From positions 1 to 64,000 of IMG/VR virus record IMGVR_UViG_3300033066_001150: a stretch of DNA of 64,000 nucleotides. One strand, 5' to 3'. The position numbers were made by a program, and so were the translations under genes. The DNA is from a virus (Duplodnaviria; Caudoviricetes). Positions 9,615-19,498 of the stretch are shown piece after piece. Position 1 is the first letter of the stretch. Each line of letters begins with the position of its first letter. A model generated the notes under the pieces. The model did not search any database. It saw only the letters and a list, made by a program, of their open reading frames with translations, and was not told the DNA's origin.

Positions 9615-10180
9615 GTTTCCGTTTCCTTATCATCTTGATATAGGGAGCAAAGACTGATCATGTCATAGGAAACTACATGATAGTCGAAATCGTCTCCACC
9701 CTCTGTTGAGTCGATCCCATTGTCCCCAACCTCTAGTCCATTTGGATGATGAGAGAGGAGTTCCCGGGCAATCACTTTAAGGCGTTTCTCCACGTCTTTT
9801 GGGGACCCACTGGCGTCCACCGCAAGACATAGCACCTTGCGTTGCTCCGTTTTGTTATCCGACATGGACTTCCCCTTGATGGTTCGATTTTCATATGTTG
9901 CGGTCACTCCTGCAGCACTGTCAAAGAAGAAATACCGGGGACCGGAAGACAATGGTTCTTGTTCCAACAAACTGAATGAAAATTCCGACACCCCAATGGA
10001 CAGAAACTCCCAGAACAGGGGCGGTGCATCCGAGTACATTCCGAGCCAAGGCCCGCTGTCGAGCTTCTGGCATTCTGCGAGCAATCGATCCCAACCCGCC
10101 TCTAGCATGTCACGGGTCTGTTGGTTTCTCCACGTTTCGCGAATAGGTGTCATCCCAGAAGCTCCAGTAACTTGTCCCAC
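9611..10180 (-). CDS. hypothetical protein
   Basis: Fills the gap in the operon; no motif recognised; start uncertain. Confidence 0.4.
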   Translation of the reverse strand: MGQVTGASGMTPIRETWRNQQTRDMLEAGWDRLLAECQKLDSGPWLGMYSDAPPLFWEFLSIGVSEFSFSLLEQEPLSSGPRYFFFDSAAGVTATYENRTIKGKSMSDNKTEQRKVLCLAVDASGSPKDVEKRLKVIARELLSHHPNGLEVGDNGIDSTEGGDDFDYHVVSYDMISLCSLYQDDKETET

Positions 10181-11385
10181 CGACTAGGGTCCCCACAATA
10201 ATCGTCAGACCAACCTTGACCGAGGGAATGAAATTTTTTGTGGTCCCGCCGTAGGGCCATGGAGCGGAGGTTCCCCGACCAGTCTTTCCAGTTCGCAACA
10301 GACTTGTGGATACCTTCGAACCAGTCCCGCACAAACGTCTTGAGGCTCGGGATCGAACTTCGCAGTTCCTTAGCAAATCGGAGCACTTTGGGGTCCACGT
10401 CTGTTCTCTTGGTCACGTCCGTTAATGCTTTCCAGAACACACCGTATTCCAACACGGAGTCCTGGATGGCGTCCATGAGCTGGGTCTTGGTCCCCTTGGG
10501 CCAATGAAGATGACGTAATTCGTTGTAGAGGGATGTTGTGGCTTGATCGTACTCTGTGTGTTTCTTGACTGACGTTGGTGTGACGTGATTTTCCGACTGG
10601 TGTTTGATGTTGTCAAACTTGCGCCGAAATGAACCAGCACTCAGGGCAACCGAAATGTATTTTTGACCAGCATGGTCACAGTACCATTTGAGTACAGACT
10701 TGATGATAGCTTTTTTGTTGGTCTTCCTCAAGATACGGAATTCGTTTGACCAATTCCTAAGACTGACTGGCCTTGTGATAAGATTTTTGGTATTGAGTGC
10801 GTCCTTTAATTTTGACGCACAATCGATGTCAAATTTTGATGGTGGTGTTTTCTCCGTTTCTAAACTTTCCAGAAATGGCATGTCTGTCTCCATCTCAACA
10901 CCGTCGCCGCCCGAAGGGCGCGACAGTTTTTGTTTTGTTTTAAGTTTATTATAATATGGCCCTCCACTTTTAGTGGAGGTTCCCTCCACTTTTAGTGGAG
11001 GGTCGGCTTGTGGCCCTCCACTTTTAGTGGAGGTTCCATTTCCTTGACCCTCCACTAAAAGTGGACCATCATCTGCTTTGGTTATGTCTATCAGTGGGGA
11101 AATTTGACGTGATTTCCCCACTTGGTTCACCGAAACTAACCCATTATTCTTTAGTTTCGATACACTGTTTCCAATGGCGTTTGGGCTAGAATTCAGTATA
11201 GCTGATAGCTTAGAATTGCTCGCAAAGCAGTATCCAACACTGCGGGAAAGTCCAAAAATCAGGCAGTAAAGTTGACGTTCCCCAGCCGATAGACTGCGGA
11301 GTGGTTCCACTTGAAACGACCAAAGAGGTATCCATATTCCATGGGATACCTCTTTGGGAATACCTTTTTCTTTGTTGGGTTTCAT
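10150..11385 (-). CDS. replication initiator protein (N-terminal HTH, lambda O-like layout)
   Basis: LSAGERQLY...GYCFASNSKLS...LKNNGLV HTH; internal iterons; lies between primase and helicase. Confidence 0.75.
   Translation of the reverse strand: MKPNKEKGIPKEVSHGIWIPLWSFQVEPLRSLSAGERQLYCLIFGLSRSVGYCFASNSKLSAILNSSPNAIGNSVSKLKNNGLVSVNQVGKSRQISPLIDITKADDGPLLVEGQGNGTSTKSGGPQADPPLKVEGTSTKSGGPYYNKLKTKQKLSRPSGGDGVEMETDMPFLESLETEKTPPSKFDIDCASKLKDALNTKNLITRPVSLRNWSNEFRILRKTNKKAIIKSVLKWYCDHAGQKYISVALSAGSFRRKFDNIKHQSENHVTPTSVKKHTEYDQATTSLYNELRHLHWPKGTKTQLMDAIQDSVLEYGVFWKALTDVTKRTDVDPKVLRFAKELRSSIPSLKTFVRDWFEGIHKSVANWKDWSGNLRSMALRRDHKKFHSLGQGWSDDYCGDPSRWDKLLELLG
10927..11065. repeat. putative replication origin: four palindromic iterons plus AT-rich tract
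   Basis: CCTCCACTTTTAGTGGAGG at 10961, 10983 and 11015; inverted partial copy at 11049-11065; AT-rich 10927-10957. Confidence 0.8.
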
Positions 11386-12257
11386 CAGGCAGCGTCCAAC
11401 AAAGAACGCAGATATCGGGTCTCTTTGGGCGTGGCACTCCCAGCGTCTTTGCTGTCCAAAACTACGTTCAACGTCTCCCCTGGAAAGGGCTCCAGTTCGT
11501 CGCAAATGGCACGGGCTCGACGTTGGGCTTCCGGTTCGTTGTCGTAGCAGATGACCCTTCTGGGGTACTTAGAGATGCGGAGAATTTGGGACCGGGAGTA
11601 GCCCGCTCCACACGTGCAAACAGCCCCCGGTCCAGTACGGAACACGTCAAACGGACCCTCGTGGACTATGCAGGCGTGTCGGCAATAGTCTTCCCCAAAG
11701 AGCAGAGATTTGTGGGGAATGGCTTCGTCTTGGGAGGGGGCAGAAATGTACCGGGTACCGTGGTCGGATAGGGACCGTGTCGTCCACGAAACAACACGTC
11801 CGAGGTATGTGATGGGAATGTAGATACGCCATTGCAACTGAGGGTGGAGACCAATGCCCCCGAGGTTCCACAGCCGCTTCATGTCCTTAACAGACAGGTC
11901 CCGTCCCCGTAGATACTCCCGGTGTGCCCGCATAAGAGGACGGACCCCACGGGGTTCCCGCAGAACCCCAGTGTGTTCCGTTTGTTGTTGGTACCGTGGG
12001 CGTTCTACGTTTTTTAGAAAGTGTTTGATACGGGACTGGGGGTTCCCCGACAGTTCGGCTAGTGTTTCAACTAGGTTATGAGGACCACACAGCCAACAGT
12101 TAACGTATCCGCCACGGGTATTGAGACCCATGTGATATTTAGAGGTTCCAGCCCCACAAAAAGGACAGTCGAAGTTGATCCAACCGTCGCGTCCGTGGTG
12201 GTGTCCTTCCGGGGCTGTGTCGATGTTCAGGTCCGCGAGAAGTTCGCGAAAATCCAT
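11385..12257 (-). CDS. DNA primase (Zn finger + TOPRIM)
   Basis: CPFC...NCWLC, YLRGR, IYIP, HEGPFD, CYDNE, KDAG. Confidence 0.85.
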   Translation of the reverse strand: MDFRELLADLNIDTAPEGHHHGRDGWINFDCPFCGAGTSKYHMGLNTRGGYVNCWLCGPHNLVETLAELSGNPQSRIKHFLKNVERPRYQQQTEHTGVLREPRGVRPLMRAHREYLRGRDLSVKDMKRLWNLGGIGLHPQLQWRIYIPITYLGRVVSWTTRSLSDHGTRYISAPSQDEAIPHKSLLFGEDYCRHACIVHEGPFDVFRTGPGAVCTCGAGYSRSQILRISKYPRRVICYDNEPEAQRRARAICDELEPFPGETLNVVLDSKDAGSATPKETRYLRSLLDAA

Positions 12258-12401
12258 AAGATGGGTCCGGTTACTCTAAATCTCGTACCGCGTACCATGT
12301 GCTAAGGCACAGCAAGGCCCCGAGGGTCGTTATCGTCGTCCATGGGTGGGCGACAAGCCAGTCCGTTAACCTGTCCATGTTTCTGCCCTTTGTTGCTCTA
12401 G

Positions 12402-12510
12402 AACACCCGCCCGGAGTCGAACCGGGTTACCAACGATTACATGGGTTGGACGTTGTCTCTTCCCGCTGGCATCTACATGGTTGGTGGTATACCGTATCCA
12501 CTCCGGGTGT
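12402..12510 (-). tRNA. degenerate tRNA-like element (possibly Tyr-GTA) with an insertion in the anticodon arm
   Basis: Acceptor ACACCCG/CGGGTGT, D-arm GTGG/CCAC, T-arm CCCGG-TTCGACT-CCGGG; about 35 extra nt in the anticodon region. Confidence 0.45.
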
Positions 12511-12675
12511 AATATGGCGGCAGACTCCCCCGCTGCCGCTTCGGGACGTAGCACCGGTCGGCTACAGATGGGTATCAGTTGATCTTACGCATGAGACACC
12601 TCCTGTTCTGTAGGGTGGGCAGGGGCTTCCTGTCAAGGGCCTCCCGTATATTCGGATGGGCTTGTTCCCGGTTCC

Positions 12676-14055
12676 CTAGGACTTCTTTTTCCTTTGGCGC
12701 TTGGCGATTTCTTGGTCCAGCAGATCCATCAGGTCCTCTTCGTTGGTGGGAACACCTCCATCCAATGTCTGGTCCAGAATTCCTTGCTTGTGTTGAATGA
12801 GTCGAATAAGATCGTGTTCGATGGTGTCGTAGACCACAAGGTAATAGCAGGACACGCCTCGGGTTTGGCTAATGCGGTGGGCACGGGCAATGGCCTGACT
12901 GACTTCCCCTGGTGTCCACGGGATCTCAATAAGCCCCACGGACCGGCTGGCCGTCAACGTATAACCGGTCCCCCCGGCTTGGACGTTAGCTAGAAGGAGT
13001 TTCGTCTTGGGGGATGTTTGGAACTTGTCAACGGCTAGTTGTCGCTTGTGCCCTGTAACAGACCCGTCCACAAGCACAGACCGGGAACGGTAGTGTTCCT
13101 GCAGGGGTTTCAGCACCTTTTTATGAATACCGAAAAGGATAAGCTTATCGTCGGTCTCTTCGAAGAACGTGTCCACCCATTCCTTGACCGCCTGCAGTTT
13201 CAGTTCCCCAATAAGACGCCGGAGGTAGCCACGTTTGACCATACGTTCTGCCCGCACGGCCCGGTTAGCCTTGGCGGGGGACTTCTTGTAAAGCCAGTTC
13301 ACGAAGTCTTGTTCGGCCTCCTCGTATTCCTTCCGGTTCTTGATATCTAATAGAACGATGTTGTGGGTGATGGGTGGCAGGTCCTTGAGTACGTCTCGTT
13401 TCAGACGTCGGATCATCCCATGTTTTTTCAGGCGGCGGTGAAGTACGTCGAGATTTTTGGCTCCCTTGTATTCCCACTGCCCCCGGAAGTTCCTTTGCGG
13501 GTCACAATACTTCCAAGCGAACCGGGGAAATTTCCGGTATTTCTTGGGGAACAGGATGTGTAGAATGGGGAACAGCTCGGCGGGGCGGTTTGTCAACGGG
13601 GTCCCACTGAGGGCAATGACGTGGGGGACTCCCTGACACAAGGCGGTTACGTTCTTGGACCGTTGGGACTCCGTGTTTTTGCAGTAGTGAGCCTCGTCAA
13701 TGATAATCAGGTCGGGCTTGAGACTGGACAGGTACTCGACCCATTCTCCCAGCACATCATAGTTGATAATGATGACACGGTGCCGGAGGAAATGGCTCCG
13801 TCTTTTGGGGGGCTTCCGGCCGCTACAGATGGCGGACCGAATTCCCGTATGGTGTAGGACCTCCCGTTCCCAGTTGTATTTGAGGGAGGCGGGGCACACC
13901 ACAATGCATAGAGCTTCTTCGTCGAAGTTCCAGTCGTACCATGTAATGGATTGCAGGGTCTTACCGAGACCCATCTCATCCGCTAACAGTACCCGCCCAC
14001 CAAATTTCGAGATCAACTTGACCCCTTGCTTCTGGTACGGGAACAGCTTTGTCAT
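12676..14055 (-). CDS. SNF2-family helicase
   Basis: LADEMGLGKT, IIDEAH, LSGTP, QAIARAHRISQ. Confidence 0.92.
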   Translation of the reverse strand: MTKLFPYQKQGVKLISKFGGRVLLADEMGLGKTLQSITWYDWNFDEEALCIVVCPASLKYNWEREVLHHTGIRSAICSGRKPPKRRSHFLRHRVIIINYDVLGEWVEYLSSLKPDLIIIDEAHYCKNTESQRSKNVTALCQGVPHVIALSGTPLTNRPAELFPILHILFPKKYRKFPRFAWKYCDPQRNFRGQWEYKGAKNLDVLHRRLKKHGMIRRLKRDVLKDLPPITHNIVLLDIKNRKEYEEAEQDFVNWLYKKSPAKANRAVRAERMVKRGYLRRLIGELKLQAVKEWVDTFFEETDDKLILFGIHKKVLKPLQEHYRSRSVLVDGSVTGHKRQLAVDKFQTSPKTKLLLANVQAGGTGYTLTASRSVGLIEIPWTPGEVSQAIARAHRISQTRGVSCYYLVVYDTIEHDLIRLIQHKQGILDQTLDGGVPTNEEDLMDLLDQEIAKRQRKKKS

Positions 14056-14197
14056 GGATTTCTTTTCTTGTGATAGAAATGGCTTCGGTACTGACAAACC
14101 CAAATTTCACACGGTTTCCTTGAATGGACAACACGCGGAGGGTTACACCGTTTCCAATATAGATTTCCTCGTTGGGACGTCTACTTAGTACAAGCAT
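13976..14197 (-). CDS. csrA: CsrA-like RNA-binding protein
   Basis: MLVLSRRPNEEIYIG...RVKFGF...ITRKEI. Confidence 0.75.
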   Translation of the reverse strand: MLVLSRRPNEEIYIGNGVTLRVLSIQGNRVKFGFVSTEAISITRKEIHDKAVPVPEARGQVDLEIWWAGTVSG

Positions 14198-14447
14198 CGG
14201 GACCTCCAAGACGGGGGCGCGAACTGTAGGATTTGAAGGGAGGTTCTGTCTCCCGTCACGCCCCGTTTTTAGAAAGAATTACCCGTGGGGGGTTGGTCCT
14301 GTTCCTCTGTTCCCTCGTAGCGTGAACCACTTCTACGCGGGAACAGGATCAGCCCCAAAAGAAGAACCGTATTGTGGAACCGTGGGAAGGGTCGCTCCAA
14401 CACACGATCACAGGTCCGGCTCGTCTACGCACGGGCCACGTGGATTG

Positions 14448-14984
14448 TTACGCCAGCGCCGTACTAATTTCGGAGAAGGCACGGGTAACCCGGCTAGTGT
14501 CCCATCCCATACCGTCAAGATACTGACGGAGGGTGTGTTTCACTTGTTTCCGATCGTCTTCCTGCATCACACGGAGCAAGCCCGTAGGAGTGTCCAGTAC
14601 CAAGGAAACAATGGCGCGGGCGTCTTCTGAGATCTCATCCAAGAAGTCTGTCAGGGAGAAGTGAGGGGGACTTACCGAAGGTTCCACTTCCGTGGTTGTG
14701 TTGAACCGGACACGACGCTTTGTCTCGGTACGAACAAGTTCCAGGAGGGTATGACCCACCACGGTTCGGACGTAGGTAGGAAAGGACCCCTTGGCTGGGT
14801 CGTACCTCCTGTAGGCGATTGTGAAGGCGACACAGCCTTCTGAAAAGAGTTCTTCCCTTGTCCCGTAGTGATCGCCGTATCGGCGATGGAACCGATGCAC
14901 TGAGTCCCAGATAAGAAGCTCGACGTCTTTGAATGATTCGTTGGCGAGTTCCTTACGAGCTGCGGCGGCTGTTGTGGTTGCCAT
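14448..14984 (-). CDS. sigma-70 region-2-like factor
   Basis: EELFSEGCVAFTIAYRRYDPAKGSFPTYV. Confidence 0.7.
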   Translation of the reverse strand: MATTTAAAARKELANESFKDVELLIWDSVHRFHRRYGDHYGTREELFSEGCVAFTIAYRRYDPAKGSFPTYVRTVVGHTLLELVRTETKRRVRFNTTTEVEPSVSPPHFSLTDFLDEISEDARAIVSLVLDTPTGLLRVMQEDDRKQVKHTLRQYLDGMGWDTSRVTRAFSEISTALA

Positions 14985-15021
14985 ATTGGCTTCCTTTGAT
15001 AAGGGGGAACGAACTACCTCC

Positions 15022-15450
15022 CTAGCGGGGAGAACGTGCTATGCTACGCAGGGGGCGCCCAGCCGTCAACTGGGTGTGGGGGAAAATCAACGTGTGGCCT
15101 TTGCTCTCTATCCTCGCTACTATCAAGGCGCGATCGGTTTCGGTAGGGATGTAGTTCCCCATCAGTTGCGCCGGGAGAGAATGAAAGGCTGTGGTCTTGT
15201 CGGTGACGTTGAATCCCCGTCGTCTACATTCGGCGTGGATGGCACTATACCGAATGGCGAGGTATCTAAGCTTATCGTAGAAGAATCTGACGTGTCCTGT
15301 GCCTAAGCAAAATGTAGGAGGTAGGTTATCGAAGTTCTTGGTTCGTCCTTTTTTGATGGCGTTTGGGATTCGTGTGATTTCGCGATGCTCGGCGAGCAGC
15401 ATTTTGTCGGGAAGCTCTCGTGGGCCCACACCGACATTGATTCTAGTCAT
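15022..15450 (-). CDS. denV: pyrimidine-dimer DNA glycosylase (endonuclease V)
   Basis: MTRIN...LLAEHREITRI...FCLGTGHVRFFYDKLRYL...ECRRRGF. Confidence 0.9.
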   Translation of the reverse strand: MTRINVGVGPRELPDKMLLAEHREITRIPNAIKKGRTKNFDNLPPTFCLGTGHVRFFYDKLRYLAIRYSAIHAECRRRGFNVTDKTTAFHSLPAQLMGNYIPTETDRALIVARIESKGHTLIFPHTQLTAGRPLRSIARSPR

Positions 15451-16198
15451 TTGGGAGACCTCGAACGTTGTGGGCGATAGGGGTTTCTCGTTTGGGATTG
15501 AGTTCGTATTGATACCCATCTGACCAGCCGGTTTGGAATTCGGTGGAATGCAATCTGCTTTTAGCAATGGCTTTGTGCTTCCCAGGTTTTGCTTTGAGTA
15601 CGTTGGTTTCGTACTCCACAAGTGCGTTGTCCTTGAGAAGGATGAGTCCGGTTCCCGAGGTGGCTTCGTCCTGTGATTGTTTCTTCAGTTTGTTGGCCTG
15701 ATTCGCAAGCCCACTACAGAATCCATCGCAGTAATAGTAGTGCCGCTGTCCCCACGGTGTTCCTACCTTGGCACGGGCCATAGAACGAACCACGACAAGC
15801 AGTTCAAGGAACAGAAAACGAGCAGCCAGCACGTCTTGCGCCATGCCAAAGAACACAAGCTTGACTTGCGTCTTCCTTTTTTGTGTCGCTTCGTCCCACT
15901 TGTGTGACTTCTGGTAGTACCATCGCACATCACACACATCAGCAGCAGTGGACATGAGGTACTGCTCGAAGCGATCCATTTTTGATGCGGTGCGGGCTTC
16001 CTCTTCTTTGATTTCGATGGTCGCTGGGCCGGCGGAGGCTTGTTTTGTCAGCACCTCCTCCATGGCGATGTTGTGCTCGTCCATAAGTCGACGGGCAATT
16101 TTCATTGCGGCTTCGACTTCAGCTTCGGAGGCTCCGTTGTCCCGGGTCCGCTTCATCAGGGCTTCGAGTTTGGAGAGAATGCTGTCGCGGTTTGACAT
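15443..16198 (-). CDS. DUF2786-family protein
   Basis: KLEALM...ASEAEVEAAMKIARRLMDEHNI. Confidence 0.7.
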   Translation of the reverse strand: MSNRDSILSKLEALMKRTRDNGASEAEVEAAMKIARRLMDEHNIAMEEVLTKQASAGPATIEIKEEEARTASKMDRFEQYLMSTAADVCDVRWYYQKSHKWDEATQKRKTQVKLVFFGMAQDVLAARFLFLELLVVVRSMARAKVGTPWGQRHYYYCDGFCSGLANQANKLKKQSQDEATSGTGLILLKDNALVEYETNVLKAKPGKHKAIAKSRLHSTEFQTGWSDGYQYELNPKRETPIAHNVRGLPND

Positions 16199-16733
16199 GT
16201 TGGTTCCTGTGTCGAAAAGGTTGCTCGTTCCCACCCCCAAGATTGAGGAGGGGAACGAGCAACCCGGCTGGTGGGGCACTATACCGATCCCACCGAGACA
16301 CCGTGCGCCGGGTTACCCGTTGGTCTAGCCGTATGTAGAAGGCTGTTGTCGGGGAGCGCTGGTCTCCCCATCGCCGGACCGTTGGTCCTGTTGGGTCTCC
16401 ATGAACGTCGTTATCGGTTCAACGACGTTCGTAAGAGACGGTGAAGCGTACTGCATTGGTTTCCTTAGGCAGTGGCGATCGAGACCCGTGGGACGGCGGC
16501 GAGGGAGACCAATCCGCGGCGATGCAGTTTTTTGCGTTCCTGTCGTGCCCGTCCTTTGGGCAACTGGGCCATCAGGACAGCTGCCTTTTCGGGGGTGTTG
16601 GCGACCGTCCCTTTACTGCCGAGGCGAATGCCGGTTGGGGTGTGTTGGACAGCGAGCTCGCACATGATCTAGGGTTCCTTTCTGCTGGGGTTGGTCGGGT
16701 CACGTTTACTATCGGAAGTCCAACCTGATCCGG

Positions 16734-16955
16734 TCAGTAATCAAAGTCAGGTTCGCTGGCGTTGTCTTCGGCCAGTTCTGCGAGCCGGTTTTGTTCGTCG
16801 TCGTCCAGTTCCCAGTCGAGTTTCTCCCCGGTCTCGTCGTCCGTGATTTTGTAGTCTTCCACGTAGGCGGACAGGATACCCACGTCGGGTTCAGCCGGCT
16901 GCATCCACAGCTTCACGGTCACTTCCCGGTCACGTAGGGTGGTCTGAATTTGCAT
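16734..16955 (-). CDS. small acidic hypothetical protein
   Basis: RBS AAGGA; AEPDVGI motif. Confidence 0.55.
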   Translation of the reverse strand: MQIQTTLRDREVTVKLWMQPAEPDVGILSAYVEDYKITDDETGEKLDWELDDDEQNRLAELAEDNASEPDFDY

Positions 16956-17160
16956 GGCGGGTTCCTTTTCCCACGGGGCAGTTCTTACGGCAGTCCTCAC
17001 AGACCGCCATTTCGTGTTCGCTACGTGTGGGGTCGATCACCCCGCTAATGTACTCCCCAGTCTCCGGCAGTCGACAGGACCGGCACGTGCACCGACCCGA
17101 GGAACTGGGGTGTCCGTTGTAGCAATTGCAACGCGCGGACCAAGCAGGTTTGCTAGGCAT

Positions 17161-17448
17161 CTAGGGCATCTCCATAAAACGACGCAGAACAGTTTCCGCT
17201 ACCACACGGGCGCCTCGTTTGTAGGGAATGATCGTGTTCTTGTGCTTCCCATCAACTTCGGCCACGACCCGCATTTTATCTTCGAGGACGTAATGCATCA
17301 CAATCACTTCTCGTGTGTTCCACGAGTTGGGAATGAAACAGCGCACGTCATGGGAGTTGTTGATGGGGCGGGTTTCGATCCCGGCACGGTGGAGCAGGAC
17401 ACGTACCTCTTCCAGTTCAGGCGATGGGGCGGTTTCGTAGTTGATCAT
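17161..17448 (-). CDS. hypothetical protein
   Basis: RBS AAAGGA, downstream of the last twister copy. Confidence 0.55.
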   Translation of the reverse strand: MINYETAPSPELEEVRVLLHRAGIETRPINNSHDVRCFIPNSWNTREVIVMHYVLEDKMRVVAEVDGKHKNTIIPYKRGARVVAETVLRRFMEMP

Positions 17449-17484
17449 GACGTGTCCTTTGCTAGTGGGAATTGAATGTGGCTT

Positions 17485-17547
17485 GGGGACTTGGAACCCC
17501 TGCGGAACAGCCGCAGCGCATTACAGGACCGAAGTCCTGTCCTCTGC
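17485..17547 (-). ncRNA. twister-like ribozyme (P5-type permutation)
   Basis: GCAGAGGA-CAGGAC(TTCG)GTCCTG-TAATGC-GC-P3-GGGGTTCCAAGTCCCC. Confidence 0.8.
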
Positions 17548-17855
17548 TATGCAAGGGGAATAACGAAGTCCCGGTTGAACCCGTTGTGTCCCCCGTTTGG
17601 GTGATAGTAGTCATAGGCGTACCGGAGGTAGACTTTTCCGTTGGCGAATGACACGTGGATGATGCACTCGATCCGTTCGAAGATGGGTCCGACGGGACCA
17701 CACATGGCCGGGTTAATTCTCACCCGGTCCACGAAGTAGTAGGACTCCAACTTCTTCAGTGTGACCTTGTCCTCCAGATAGAGGGTTGTGCCGATGGTCT
17801 GGAACGTGTGCTGTTCCACGATTTCACAAATCTTGGTGACGGTGCTGACGGTCAT
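17547..17855 (-). CDS. hypothetical early protein
   Basis: Stop TAG overlaps the ribozyme 5' end. Confidence 0.55.
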   Translation of the reverse strand: MTVSTVTKICEIVEQHTFQTIGTTLYLEDKVTLKKLESYYFVDRVRINPAMCGPVGPIFERIECIIHVSFANGKVYLRYAYDYYHPNGGHNGFNRDFVIPLA

Positions 17856-18118
17856 GGGTTCACTTCCACTTTGTTGAGACGGATACCGGTTACGGGGGTC
17901 TTGGTCTGGACACACGCAGCCAAGGTTTGGAGGTTCAAGTTAATGTTGGTCAGGGCGACCGCGTGTTTACGACAGAGGAACTCCAGCTCCGGGTCGGGGC
18001 ACCCTCGGGTCACCTCCGCCAAGCGGTTTGACAAGTGCCCGAGCATGGCCCCGATTTCTTCCAACGATTTCTCCATATCAGTCTTCCTTTGTAAGTGACT
18101 CCTCGTGTTGTTGGACAC
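17852..18118 (-). CDS. hypothetical early protein
   Basis: Overlaps both neighbours. Confidence 0.5.
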   Translation of the reverse strand: MSNNTRSHLQRKTDMEKSLEEIGAMLGHLSNRLAEVTRGCPDPELEFLCRKHAVALTNINLNLQTLAACVQTKTPVTGIRLNKVEVNP

Positions 18119-19481
18119 GTTCCTCTTCCGTGTAGTTCCGAAGGATTTTCACACGGGTCAGAATGGTTTGTTTCACACCCTTATACTCACTGTGATCTTT
18201 CACGGTCCCTTGAATTTGGAACTGGCCCCGTTCCGTGAGCCACGTCGTGGAACCCGACGCGAACCACACGAACACGTTGCCAAGGTCATCCGTCATGTTA
18301 TGGACGCCGGTCGTTCCATAGTACCCTTCGCTGGAGAAAATGCGGTCGCACGTCACATCCAAGACCAGCTTGTCCTTGACCTTGCCCACATGCTGGGACA
18401 CAGAACGTTCCCCTTTGGTAGGAACTTTCAAAGTCCCCGTCGCCCGGCGGTAGGCTTGCAACAGGGAGGCAGCCACTCCTGTCGTCTTTCGGGACACGTA
18501 CCCGGCCCGGGCAATAAGATTGACGTTGTAGAGGTAGTCCTCCCCTTCCGTGGGGCTGAGGTCTTTGGCCCACACCAACGCGGCCTCGACCTCTTCAACG
18601 TATTCCGGCACGTGGTCGTCGATCTTGGTCTTCCACACCTTCCAGTCTTTATACGCCTCCGTGCCGGACATGGGTGGGTTGAAATAGTAGAGCACGTAAT
18701 CGGCGGTCGCCGTCACGCGGTCCCCCATCTCGGCCCGTTCGTTGGCTTTCCCCCGGGATACCCAACCCTCCACACGGATCACCCCAGCCGTGACCTCCAA
18801 GAACCGAACAAGGTCCCAGCATTCCGGCTGGCGACAGCCCCCACCCAGCCAGTCATTATTCTCGGCGTCCGCACAAAGACCATTCAGGTCGAAGAACAGT
18901 TCCGCCAACTTGGCAAGGGCATGGGGGTCGGTGTGTCCAAGGAAGTCTTTGATACACTGGCGCCCGACCATATTCGTCCGTCCGTCGTCGTGTTGGACCA
19001 CGAACGTTTCGGTCCGTTTTCGCTTGGTGCTGCAGTGGTCACAGTACCCGACCCGGTTTCGGTACACACTGGGGACCGTGTGACCCGGCACAGTTCGCAC
19101 CATGTTTTCCCGGGTCCCGTCCTCGAGGTCCACGGGCGACAGGCACCCCACGAGGGACCAGCCGTCGTACTTTGGGGACACCCCGGACACGGTGGCATAG
19201 TGCCATTGCCGGACAAGTCCCGTCATCGTGGTTCCGGTGCCGGTGTACGCGTGAGCCTTCCCCACAATCGTTCGGCCTTCTTCGTCACGGGTCAACGTGT
19301 GGTTCGCCCACCACGTCCGGCTCCCTGTCTTGTCGTTCTCGAACTCAAACTCCGTGAATGCGGGACTGGTCACCAACGCGATCCCGCTGGTCCCCAGTTT
19401 CTTGGCCCGCTTGTTGAGGCGGGCCAGTTCGTCGTATAACCGGGGCAGGTTCTGTTCCGGGATGACATAGGTTTGTTCCAT
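18078..19481 (-). CDS. conserved phage protein with Zn-binding motif and C-terminal OB-fold-like domain
   Basis: CDHC...VGRQC; C-terminal HVGKVKDK...GTVKDHSEYKGVKQTILTRV. Confidence 0.7.
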   Translation of the reverse strand: MEQTYVIPEQNLPRLYDELARLNKRAKKLGTSGIALVTSPAFTEFEFENDKTGSRTWWANHTLTRDEEGRTIVGKAHAYTGTGTTMTGLVRQWHYATVSGVSPKYDGWSLVGCLSPVDLEDGTRENMVRTVPGHTVPSVYRNRVGYCDHCSTKRKRTETFVVQHDDGRTNMVGRQCIKDFLGHTDPHALAKLAELFFDLNGLCADAENNDWLGGGCRQPECWDLVRFLEVTAGVIRVEGWVSRGKANERAEMGDRVTATADYVLYYFNPPMSGTEAYKDWKVWKTKIDDHVPEYVEEVEAALVWAKDLSPTEGEDYLYNVNLIARAGYVSRKTTGVAASLLQAYRRATGTLKVPTKGERSVSQHVGKVKDKLVLDVTCDRIFSSEGYYGTTGVHNMTDDLGNVFVWFASGSTTWLTERGQFQIQGTVKDHSEYKGVKQTILTRVKILRNYTEEERVQQHEESLTKED

Positions 19482-19498
19482 GGCCGGTGTTCCTTCTA

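Noticed and set aside
12575-12606. Strong RBS followed by a five-codon ORF (MRKIN) on the minus strand
   Set aside because: Too short to support a function from sequence alone.
18105-19439. 444-aa plus-strand ORF
   Set aside because: Antisense shadow of 18078-19481 with no motifs.
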